A stretch of DNA of 64,000 bases, taken from Chrysomallon squamiferum (lineage: Eukaryota; Animalia; Mollusca). The stretch covers positions 7,254,001-7,318,000 of the forward strand of contig CM022679.1 in the NCBI GenBank assembly GCA_012295275.1, written 5' to 3'. Position numbers and translations under genes: made by a program. Numbering within the stretch: position 1 is the first letter of the stretch; every line of letters begins with the position of its first letter. Shown here piece after piece: positions 13,474 to 26,100 of this stretch. The notes beneath the pieces were generated by a model. It saw only the letters and a list, made by a program, of their open reading frames with translations. It searched no databases and was not told the DNA's origin.

Positions 13474-16400
13474 TTAAAAGAAACAAAAGAATTATAACAA
13501 AAGAACAGAATTTTACTGTCTTAAGACAATAACATCTCCCAGGACAGAAAACATCTGATAAATCCCAGAAGCTTCATTCATTCTTTTCAGCATGTGATTC
13601 ATCAGCTGTGTATATGGAGCAGTCTTAGAAGGCCAAGGTACACCTTCATACTTGTATTCCATTATATGATGCAAGGCCCGAGCTGTAATGTTAATAGTTA
13701 ACTGTTGGTATAAACAGTTTAACATACAACTAAGCTTAAACCATTAAATCAGAACTTACTGAATTTATTCTATCGGGGTCAATGAACCATGAAGGATGAA
13801 GGACTTTTGCTTAAATGTTTCTATGTCTGTTATTATGTATGAACTAATGTAATAATATTACCATGTTAATCTGTATCTATATAAAAGTCTATATTAATGA
13901 TTTAATAATTAATTACTTGTAACTCAATGACATTTCATTTTATATTTCACTACTTAAACAGGAATTGCTTTATATGACCTCTGTTTTATAATTATCATAA
14001 GATTGACAATAACTACCCTGTAATATATGTAATAAAATTTAACGAACATCATTTTTAGTTTAATTTCTTTGCATTATGAATCTTTTCATTTACGCTAAAT
14101 GATAAAACTCATATTAATCTGTGTTGAGACTGTAGGATACTGAGTCACATAGCAAGTTATTAAAACATTCAGTTGAAAGTTTCACATTATGTAAACATGT
14201 TAAAACACAACGCATCAGACCTGTGTATCTGAAACCTTGCACAAATCCTCCAGCAGACTTCCGGTAATCAACACCATGTGACATAGCTCCAGCGAAATAC
14301 ATTCCTTTCACATTCAGTGATTGGTAGTTAAAGGCTATCAGAGGAAGTTTGTCGTCTGCATCTTTATCAGAAGCAGGAGCTGTCAAACTTTAAACAAAAT
14401 AATTTGTTTTTAGATGTAAATGTTTTGCTGTTGCATAGAACTTTTTTGTATTTTACTATCTCACCAGAAAAGTTATTATACCACTTTCAAATTCGCTAAT
14501 CTTAAAATTTATTGCAATAGAATTTTAATTTATATTCGACAGACATTTTTTAAAATGATAATCAACTTCTTAATATTTCTTTGTGGAGATAAAATGATTA
14601 TATAATTTATTATAAAACAATTTCAGTTTACTGTGGCTTTGCATTGCAGAATCATTTCTTGTACACTTGTAGACTACAAAAAATAGAAAATATTTATTGG
14701 TCACTGATACTCTAAAGTGGACGAAAGATGTCGCTTTCTATGGGTAGGTCGTGGAATCGTTTTCTGCTTTGATGAGGTAAAACTAAATATGGATGGCATT
14801 AAAGAAATCCTCTTTTCTGAAGAAAAACAAAAAGACGAACTTCTTATTAACGAAGTATCAAAGTATGGTATGATTGAAGTTCACGATAACACAGGGGCCA
14901 CAGAGAAACTTAGACAACATGCAAATTATGAACTGCCCACCGCGCACATCAAATTCCGAAATGTTCTCGTCTTGAACGGCGAGTTTGAGGAAAGCGGACT
15001 GAGTATCAGCACGATCACGACGGAATGTGTCAATAATTGGCCGCCCTAATAATTTGACCAGTTGAGATCGTTTTTCAAAGAATTTTTCTATGATATGCTA
15101 AATATTATTTTTTACATATAATTTAATATATGTAAAATAACAATACATTTTATCACAATCAAATATTATTTAAAATTTCCGTTAAGATCGTTTTTCCACA
15201 GTCCACATTTAAAAATTTTCAAAATGATGCATGCCCCGAATCTTTTAGCAAATTTCACTTGTGTCACAACCGTTCCGGTGGCCCTGACACCCGCGGAACA
15301 GAATCGGCAGAGAAGAAAGAATCTAGCTTTAACCACGGATAACTGTCGGAAGTGCGATGGTAAGGTCTAGCAGTTGTAACTCGCTTTGTTCGTAGATCGA
15401 TAACCGTCTGTATTTTACAGAAATAAGCTGATTCATCTTACATCCAACAGAAAAGAAGGAACAATAAAGTAATCTCACCTTGTAAATAGATCATGGCCAA
15501 ATGAAAATCCTAGACAACGTATGATTTTGTCATAACCCTTTCTAAAAGGAAAATTATCTGGAGTCAGTGGTTCTGCCTTCGTGAACAATTTGCTACCGTT
15601 TCTGAAAAAGGTAGCCAATTGTGAGAGTATGTCCGCGATTCCATCAAGTGACTTTAACATGTATGAATCCAGTACATCACTGTGCATTGCTCTGTAAAAA
15701 TTGTAACTGACAATCAAGTTTGCAACCAGTTGAAATCATTCTTTACAAGTGAATAAGGTTGTTTTAATGAGTTTTAATCAGTTGAAAATGACAATAACCA
15801 GTTGGCCATTTTAAACAGAGATAATTTGTATCAAAATTTCTCTCAAACAATTCTCTTTTAAAATTTCGGCATCATTTGGATTCCTGAAAGTACTCAGTTT
15901 AAATTAATCAGAGATAAAAGGTGCTTCTAAAATATGCTTCAGAACGAATCTTAGAAATTATTTATTTATTTATTGTAATTCAATATGTACTGTAAAACTA
16001 TAAAAGTGTTAAAGGTAGTTCGTCACACTGTATCTCTTCTTCTAATAAAATATTTTTTGAAAACATAAGTGACAGTTAATTGTGGGAAGATTTACAAATG
16101 GTAAACTGAAAAATGTGTGCATGTGCCACTCATTACTTCATCAGTAACAAAAAGCTAATAATAAATTAATGAACACTGAAATACAGAAAAAATTATATTT
16201 GTCTCTGAAAGTGAATGTTCTTTAAATAAAACTTGATAGAAAAACAAAATTATCGTGTAGCTTTTACGAACGAATGGTACTGCTAAGAAATACAATAAAA
16301 TATTTCTGTGTTATTATACGTATAATCCAAAAGATAAATAAATATCTGACCTAACATCGCCAAGATAATGTGTTGCCCACGACAACCGGATTCTCGAAGG

Positions 16401-18708
16401 ACCAACAATATGAATCATACTTGTTGAACCGTATATAGACTGTGCAAGTTCAAATGCTGAATCATCATTTTCTAATAAGAGGAAATATATATAAGAAATA
16501 TATGTGAGACATTTTAGGGGTCAAAGTATAATCAAACAAAGCAAATTTTAATAAAATATATTTCATTAGTTATTATCATACTGTTATTTTTTTCGGTTTG
16601 TCTTTTAAATTTATTTTTGCGTTATATACTTAATGTTCTTCAAACTGTGTATTTGTTTGTGTGTATAAGTGTGCAGAAATACATGAAAATTCAAACTACA
16701 AGACTTCATATTCGAGTCCACGTCTATACTAGCAACATCAAAACGTTATTTCAAGTGATAAAGATGACCAGGTTATAACTTAATGTTCTAATTTGTTTTT
16801 TGATATTTTCTATGGACAAATCAACAATCAACAGGATATGAATCCTGCCGAACGCAGACAACTTGTTTCTGGTACATTCCTCCTCCCATCCAACATCACT
16901 AGACAAACCTAGGACGATTAATATTTTGACGATACTCTACAATCTTAGAAATCAAAAAATTCAATGTTAATTACAGTCACTGAAAAAATATATATATTAA
17001 ATATTAAATAATTATACTTTAAACTTGATCAGGCACTTGTTTCACAACCGTAAATTTAAAAATATTTAAAGAAATCGAAAATAAGTGTATGTTTTCTCAC
17101 GTAGTATTAGAACTGTCTTCCCTTCATAATCATCTGGATTCAGTGAAACTGTTTCATATCCCTCAGTGTATTCAATCCCTGGAATATCTAGAATCACTGG
17201 TTTTGATACCCCAGCAGCTACAACCACAGATCTAATTGTAACAATAAAAACAAGTTTGCTAGTGATTTATAATACCACCAAGATACAGAGAAACATTCTT
17301 TTTTATTCGCTTATTTTGTTATGCATACTGACTGTACACTGTATAGCTAACTAGCAAGAGACTCATTCTTTATTCATGGTCTTGTCTCATGCTGATAGCA
17401 CTCTTTTCATGTTCAGTGTGTCAGCATAAAACATACCAGGAATTAATTCTCGATTTACAAGCAAACAAACAAACACACATTCTAATGCTATATGCTATAT
17501 AACAGTTTCCTTACCATGAAAAAAAGGATTTTGGTTTAAATTTTGAAAATTAGTAAAGAAGACAGTCTTACTTGCATTTATACTCGGTTCCATTTTGATC
17601 TTTCATCGTGAAATGATGTCCATCAAGAGCCGATTCATTTTTCACTGCTGACAAGTTTGTGATTTCTGTATTAAACTGCACACTGATGTTAAGTTTTCTC
17701 TGGAAGTCATTCAAGTAGCGGACATAATCATCAGCATGTGGAAACATTTTCTTGGAATAATGTCTGAAGAGCAGACTTTCATCATCACTAATCAGCGAGT
17801 TCCAGTCATGACGTAAGTTGAATTCCTTGTTTGTCTGACCTGTGTGTCGCTTGTTGAGGTTTACTAATTTTCTGAGCCTTGGATAACGCGTGAAGAAACT
17901 TGCTGAAATGGTAAATTCAATTCGAATTTCAATTAAATGTTTAGTAAATGTCAACTTTATGAGTGATCTACAATTTTTGGATGCAAGAGAATGTCTTATA
18001 TACTAGTGGAATTATCAGAAAAGTCTGCATATCCACGACATAAAAGTAGATCTCTTGGAGGATGTCAAATCTTCAAATATCCGCACGTTTTGCAGTTTTA
18101 GAAGGTTGTTTCCAGTTTAAAAACTAATAATTATATCTTAAAATATACTTTTCGTAATACAGAGATAATATTCTAAATATATTAACTATTAATCCAAGTT
18201 ATTGTTTTATTATTTGTTAATAAATAATAAAACGTATTAATGAAATTATGTAATTCTAAGTATCTAGGTTTGGCTATTTTCATTAGTCTTGGCGTCGTCG
18301 ACCACTATATAGATCATCTAATTATCAGGATGACATGAATCAAAATCTAACTATCCGTGCACAAATTTAAGAATCGTTTTTAATCAAGTTAAACTTTAAA
18401 TTAAACCTCAATAAATATAACATATTAAGACATATTTATAGATGTGATAATCTAATGTACTTACACCACAAACGACACCATATAAAAACAGACAATACGA
18501 TACCTGTGATGTTTTCTTTTTCAAAAACAACATAGTCTCTGCCAGCTCTGTGGAGGAAGTAGCCCATCTGCACACCAGCAGGTCCAGCCCCAATGACACA
18601 GTAATCATGATAAACCATCGACTGTTGATGTGTCAGCAGTATTTCAAGTATCAGCAGTAGGAATTGGAAGACATGGATGGTAAACGTCATTGTGCTACAG
18701 TTCCTCAT
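12126..18708 (-). CDS. FOXRED2: FOXRED2-like FAD-dependent oxidoreductase, derived paralog C (616 aa)
   Basis: Nine GT-AG exons: 18708-18504, 17902-17572, 17231-17101, 16471-16351, 15691-15479, 14387-14221, 13682-13517, 12817-12579, 12403-12126. Total 1851 nt = 617 codons. Hydrophobic N-terminus followed by [20 protein letters not shown] and [10 protein letters not shown]. Confidence 0.92.
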
Positions 18709-19435
18709 TTTCTTTCTTTTTCTTACTACCTGATAAGTAAAAAATAAAATAACATAAAACATATTTAAAAATAAATCAAAGTATGAATGAAATCAGATTA
18801 TTATTTATTGAAAAAATATTAAATGTAAATTATGAAATTTGAAATCTCTGGTATTAATTTCATCCGTTGTAAAAGACGTTATGACTGTCAGTGTCAGGAA
18901 ACTCAAATGTATACGTATGATTGAAACAAATAAGAAAGAAAGAAAGAAATGGAATACTTTTTTAATAATAAATGAATTACCTACACCTTCTTATAGAGAC
19001 AGCAGAGCAAATATGCCCTGGAAACAACCGTGACTAAAATTACATGTAATGAAAAATATCATGTCATCATATATTTATATTTGACCATCATATTCGTTTT
19101 ACATTTCGATTACAATAATTTGACAGATTAAGCTTGCTGTTGCAATGTCTATAGATGTCTGTTCACAGAACAGAAAGCAGAAGATCTGACGTTGTGTCCC
19201 ATCACACGTTAGCAAGAAGAAAAAAAGGAAAAAGGGTATGAGAGCATAGTACATAGAAGCCAGCACACGCACACACACACACACGCGCACACACACACGT
19301 CGATAATTTCTGCTTTATAACAGTTAAACACACACTCATAATTTAAAAAGGATTTATTATTATTTTTGTTTTTTAAATATTAATTTTGTATCGTCTTCAA
19401 ATCTGTCTGTAGTATCTGGCAAAATACATACAGAC

Positions 19436-19578
<143 letters not shown>

Positions 19579-19763
19579 ATTACTATTATCAGTTATTCAG
19601 GTAATTAGTATTTATATTCTTTCATGAGGGCAGGAACATTTTTATATACTGTAATATAAATATAAACAAACAAACAAACAAACAAATAAATATTCCTGGA
19701 AATGAAAAAACTGAATAACTGTTACAAAAAATGCTAATAGCTACATTACATTATAAAAGTCAA

Positions 19764-19799
<36 letters not shown>

Positions 19800-21207
19800 G
19801 CAATAATTCTTTTTTGTATTTAGAAAACCTTTCTAAATTTATCAGTTAAAAAAACAAAAACAAAACAAACGGTTGGTGCCATCAATTTGTGTATTTGGAC
19901 GAAGTAATTCCATGTTTCAGTGTGTTTCATTAACTTGCAAGACTGGTATACTAGTGTATATTCACTTGTATTAATTTTATTCATTTTCTTTTGAACATTT
20001 AAATGCATACATAGAGAAGTAGAACATAGCCTGTTTAATAAACATCATATATTCATAAATAATTAGTTTATTTCTATCGAAACTACTAAAAGAAAATTTT
20101 CATTATCAAATAATCACTTTCAAGTTTAAATTTATTCGTTACACTGTTTTTATTGAAATAATTATCAATAATCATTTGCCACCAAGTAACATCAAAATAC
20201 GAATTTAAATCTTACCTTTTTCATTCATTTGTACACAACACTCAAATGTTTTAAATAGCCATATAACAAAATAAATAATTAGATAAATAAATAATTATTC
20301 TTTAATTGATTAATTAATAATACAAAATCATGGATACACTGATGTGTATATGTATGTGTGTTTCTCAGTGTTCAGTCGTGAACCACGATAACATGACATA
20401 TGCACACGTTTATTTTTCATACATATATTAATCTTAATATATGCGTTATCAAAATTCATATTAATCCTGTTCAATAAGCTTTCATTTCAAATCTGAGCTA
20501 TTTTGTATCTGATCTGGAATTTTGTTATCTCTAATAATTATCTATTCAACTTTCAGTTTTATTAAACGTCCCACTGTGCAAGTGACAGAAATATAGTATT
20601 GTGCAGCCAATTCACTGTCTTCGTATTTGACACACACCATACAGTTTTTAGGATATATATTTTTTTTGTACAAACAGATTTACAGATTTCTAGAAAAGTT
20701 GATTTTTTTTTATTTCATGATGGTTCTTTTTACATAGATATCTTTGAAAACTGACATTCTCGTTGGAAAAGAATTTTGAAATATATAGCAGGATTAGAAA
20801 ACTGGTTATGATGTATTTTTTCAAGAAGTATTAATGTATTTTACCAGATGTTCTACCCATGGATATAAACACTTATATAAAGTTCCTCTATGGATTATTA
20901 AGATGTTTTGTTTTTCACTCGTATAAAAAGTTTTCGATTTTTTTAGCAATACATCTTTCTCTGTACCTATATATCTATCTATATTTCACCTCTCTCTCAC
21001 TCTCATATTAAACTATTGTTTTCAACTTTAAATATTTACAAAAAGCTTACATTAAACCAATATAACAATAATACAAATGATATTAATATTGAAAAATAAA
21101 TAAATAGATAAATAAATAGAATACTCATATAAATAAATAAGTAAATACAGAGAGGTAAACGGTCTCATGTTAAATTTTACTTTTTTGTGCCTGTGTGAAA
21201 GAAAAAT

Positions 21208-21209
<2 letters not shown>

Positions 21210-21277
<68 letters not shown>
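21210..21277. repeat. (CT)n microsatellite
   Basis: Uninterrupted CT run, followed by a short (TG)n. Confidence 0.95.
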
Positions 21278-21282
<5 letters not shown>

Positions 21283-21440
21283 GTGTGTGTGTGTGTGTTA
21301 TATTAAGAATATTAATCACTAATAATGGAAAAATTAATCATTATCAGTATTCTTTTACTTGTCAACTTATCTCTTTATTTTTGCAAAAAGTAACTTTATT
21401 TGTTTAATTTGTGAAAATTAAAAAAATATTCTACAAAAAG

Positions 21441-23065
21441 CTAAAATGGAAAATGCAGTTTGAAATGATGTAGATATCGTGTTCCTGTAAGACCTTGACC
21501 ATTCAAGAACTGGGATTGACAGATCATAGGAACACTGGTGTGGGTCATTGCAATTTGTAAACATGATTCAGAGAAGAATTGTCTCATGTCAGTTCCAGTA
21601 ATACTCTCAACAAATCTGCGTAGTGGCAAAATGTGGCTTTTTGGAGCATCCCATCTGATCAAGAAATCTTCAACCATGTGATGAACAGCTGTTGGTCTTG
21701 GTAGAACTTTATGATTATCAATACTTTTTGACACATCTTCCACTAAAATAGATATGTTTTGATATACATTTATTCATCAGCAGATAAACATCCTCTGTTT
21801 ATGTTTTATTTACGTCTATTCAATTTAAATTATTAAAATTAAAAATTAAAATTAGAATTAAAAAGAATTTTCTTTTCACATTTTTTACTACACTGATTTT
21901 TTTCAAAACTGGTGAAAACTAATCTACTATTTCAAATTTTCATGAACATTTCATTTTCAACCTTATTTGAATTTCATCAGTGATGCCTTGTCTTTAAATC
22001 AAAGTTATTATTGCCTTTTTCGTTTTTATTATTTACATATTCCACTATTTTAACAACAACAGCATAAAAGTATATTTGCAAATCAAATGGTTAAATAATG
22101 TATGTATGATCTCTAGGCAGAAGTAACCAATTTGGATATTTTTATTTTATAAATTAAAATCTATTATCTCCTTGGGTATTTTTTCTATTATTATTATGTT
22201 TTTGTTTGTTTGTTGTTGTTTCTTAGAATGAGCTGATGTGCAAAACAATAAAAAAAAAGGTTTGAAAAATCCGACCTGATGGTAATTTTTCGTAGTAATA
22301 AAGAACAGGATGGAGAAAGTTAGAATTGTGGGCATCTGCTGGATCACCAGTAGCTCGATCAGAACGGAAGGCATCATTACCAGGTCCAGAGAAGTTAGTT
22401 CCATACTGCATGTTGAGAACTATAACACGGTCTGCATGTCGACCTGTTATACTGGGAAATTTGTGTATCAGGTAGATCGGAAATTCCTCAAAATATTCAA
22501 ATTCCTGAGTGTCACTGGAATGTACAGACAGTATATTTTAAAAATAACTAAATGATAATAAAAATGATGACACTGATGAACATTTTAAAATTAATTTGTA
22601 TCACATTCATAATTGCAGTGTTCTATACAATATACAGATGTGATCTATGAAATACTCTGGTTTCCACAGTTAAGATTATCATACTAAGTAAATACTTAAC
22701 ACATCTTGATTGACTTACTGTTATATTTGAAACTGATAATATTTATAAAAATGTGAAATGTTTAATTGTTTGAACCGCTTCGATTTAGCAAAACTGCACA
22801 TAATATTTTTAAATAAAAAATTTGAATAGGTTTTTTTTTTTTAAAACAGTTTTATGAAGTATGCACTAGTTATTAAATTAATTTCCGTTTCGTCCCATGT
22901 AAAAACTTCACTATACTCTACCAATCTGGATTGTAAATTCTATTATTAACTGGCAAATTTGTTATTAAAGTGGAATTAAAAAAGAAAAAAATATTCAGGC
23001 GAAAAACTACCAGTTATAAAAATTACCCCAAAAATAAACAACCCGGCGATAAATAAACAACAACT

Positions 23066-23135
<70 letters not shown>

Positions 23136-26100
23136 TGTAAAAGAATTAAAAAGAACAGAATTTTACTCTCTTAAGACAATAAGATCTCCCAGGACAGAAA
23201 ACATCTGATAAATCCCAGAAGCTTCATTCATTCTTTTCAGCATGTGATTCAACAGCTGTGTATATGGAGCAGTCTTAGAAGGCCAAAGTACACCTTCATA
23301 CTTGTATTCCATCATACGATGCAAGGCCCGAGCTGTAATTTTAGTAATCAATTGTTAAGCAGTGTAACATAGATTTAAGCTTAAACCATTAAATCTGAGC
23401 TTCTTCAACTGCTCAGTGTTTCACCTAAGGGTGAATGAAATTATTTTACAGGTGAATGAAACTATCGGGGACAATGAAATATGAAGGAAGAATGTTATTT
23501 GTGTATTTTAAAACAGGCAATAAAATATGTTTTTAAATCTGTTATTATGAACAAATTATTGTAATAATATTTCCCTGTTAATCTATATTTCTGTTTCTTT
23601 CTTTATTTTATTTTATTTTATTTATTATTATTATTAATTTTTTTTTTTTGACATGACAGAAACCTAAACAAAAAAAAAAAAAAACAAAAAAAAAAAACAA
23701 CTAAAAAACAAATATATTTTAATAAATATCTTAACTTATAAAAAAATAATATATAAAATTATTATTCACACAGCAAAGAGTTATGTTCAAAATGACCAGA
23801 CATAATGAAATTTAGCCAAAGGTAAATGAAATTATCTGATAAAGTCGCGTAAGTGGATCACACTGAAATAATTTAAGAAACATTCTCTTAGAATAACGAG
23901 TGGCTATTTGAATCAGATTGACATTTAGCTGACTACGTTATACAGGATTAAAAGATCACAGTGTACACTAATAATTTAATAATTAATTATTATAACTTGC
24001 AAAGACATTTCACTCCCTGAAATTATCGTTTTATATTTCACTACTTAAACAGGAATTGCTTTATATGACAACAGTGTAATGATAACAGTGTAATGAAAAG
24101 CATTTTTAGTTTAATTTTTTCATTTTACAATAACGTTCTTATAAAGATGTATGCCAAGTGATAATTGACCTGAATCTGCGTTGAGGCAGTGAAATACTGA
24201 GTCTCATAGCAAGTTATTAAAACATTCAGTTGAACGTTTCACATTATGTAAACATGTTAAAACACAACGCATTAGACCTGTGTATCTGAAACCGTGCACA
24301 AATCCTCCAGCAGACTTCTGGTAATCAACACCATGTGACATAGCTCCAGCGAAATACAGTCCTTTCACATTCAGTGATTCGTAGTTAAAGGCTATCACAG
24401 GAAGTTTGTTGTCTGCATTTTTATCAGAATCCGGAGCTGTCACACTTTTAAAAAATATATAATTTTTAGATGTAGATGTTTTGCAGTTCGTATTTTACTA
24501 TCTTATCTCAAAATTTAATATATCGCTTTTATTTGATATTCCAAGTAATTAAACAGCTCATAAAATAAAATACTTATTTTCCTCAAACAAAGTTTGATTT
24601 CTTTGTAGTTTTCAACATGACTATATTTTTATTTTTTATTTTTTTTTCTTTCTTTTTTGTTTTTAATTTTATTCCTTCTTGGCAAAACAGATTTTCATAA
24701 AAATATAAATTAACTTTTTAATATTTATTTCAGGAGATAAAATGACTATATAATTTATCATAAAACAATTTCAGTAAACTGTGGATTTGAACTGCAGAAT
24801 CATTTCTCGTACACTTGTACACTATAAAAAATAGAAAATATTTATTGGTCACTGATACTGTCAACCAAAGCTATCGCCGCCATGCGTAGGTTGTGGAATC
24901 GTTTTCTCCTTTGTTGAGGTAAAAATAAAGACGGCTGACATTAAAAAATGTCCCTTTTCTGCAAAAGAAAATTAACTTCTAATTAACAAAGTATCAAAGT
25001 ATGATATTAGTTACCATAACACAGGGATCATGAACAATCGTGGATTTCAGAAAGGACACTGTAGACAACACGCAAATTATGAACTGCCAATATTGTTGAT
25101 CAGCGTACGTGACAATTTCGAAAAGTTCTATTTGTATTGCAAAATCGTCTGGGTTCAGCTTACTTTTGTCATTATAGATAAATATTAGATGTGTATGTAG
25201 GTCCACATAATTAAGATTCCTATCCGATACGACTGTAAATATAAACTAAAAAGTCACTGATACATAACCCCTTCCTCTTCCTTCTTTTTTACACAGTCCT
25301 AAATTTATACAAAATGGCAACACATTTTATAACAATTAAATATTATTTAAAATATCCAGATGTCCATAAAGCCGTTTTTCCACGATCTACAGTTCAATAT
25401 TTTCAGAAGGATGCATGCCCCTGAACCTCTTAGAAGATTTGCTCTAAACATGGCTAGTCCGCCGCGCTTCTGTCACAGTCGTTTCAATGGCCGTGATACC
25501 CGCTGAACAGAATCAGCAGAGAAGAAATAATCTAGCTTTAACCGCGGTAACTGTCGGAAGTGCGATGGTAAGGTCTAGCAGTTGTAACTCGCTTAGTTCG
25601 TAGATCGATAACCGTCTGTACTTTACAGAAATAAGCTGATTCATCTTATATCCAACAGAAAAGAAGGAACAATAAAGTAAACTCACTTTGTAAATAGATC
25701 ACGACCATATGAAAATCCTAGACAACGTATGATTTTGTCATAGCCATTTCTCATAGGAAAATTATCTGTAACCGACTGATCTATCTTCAAGAACAATTTG
25801 CTGCCGTTTTTGAGAAAAGTAGGCAATGCTCTGGATGTTTCCAAGACTCCATCAAGTGACTTTAACATGTATGTATCCAGTACATCATTATGAATTGCTC
25901 TGTAAACGTTGAAGTGAATATCTGTAGTGCTTATGTGCGTGAGGAATATTTATTGTTGTTACAAAAATAAAAATAGAAACAAAAACAGCTGTTTTATGAT
26001 TTCAAGCGTTATGTGTTATTTTTATCAGTTGCAGTTACAATATTTATTTAAATCAAATGATTTGGATCAAAATTTCATTCAGTGATTTAAAAAAATATAT

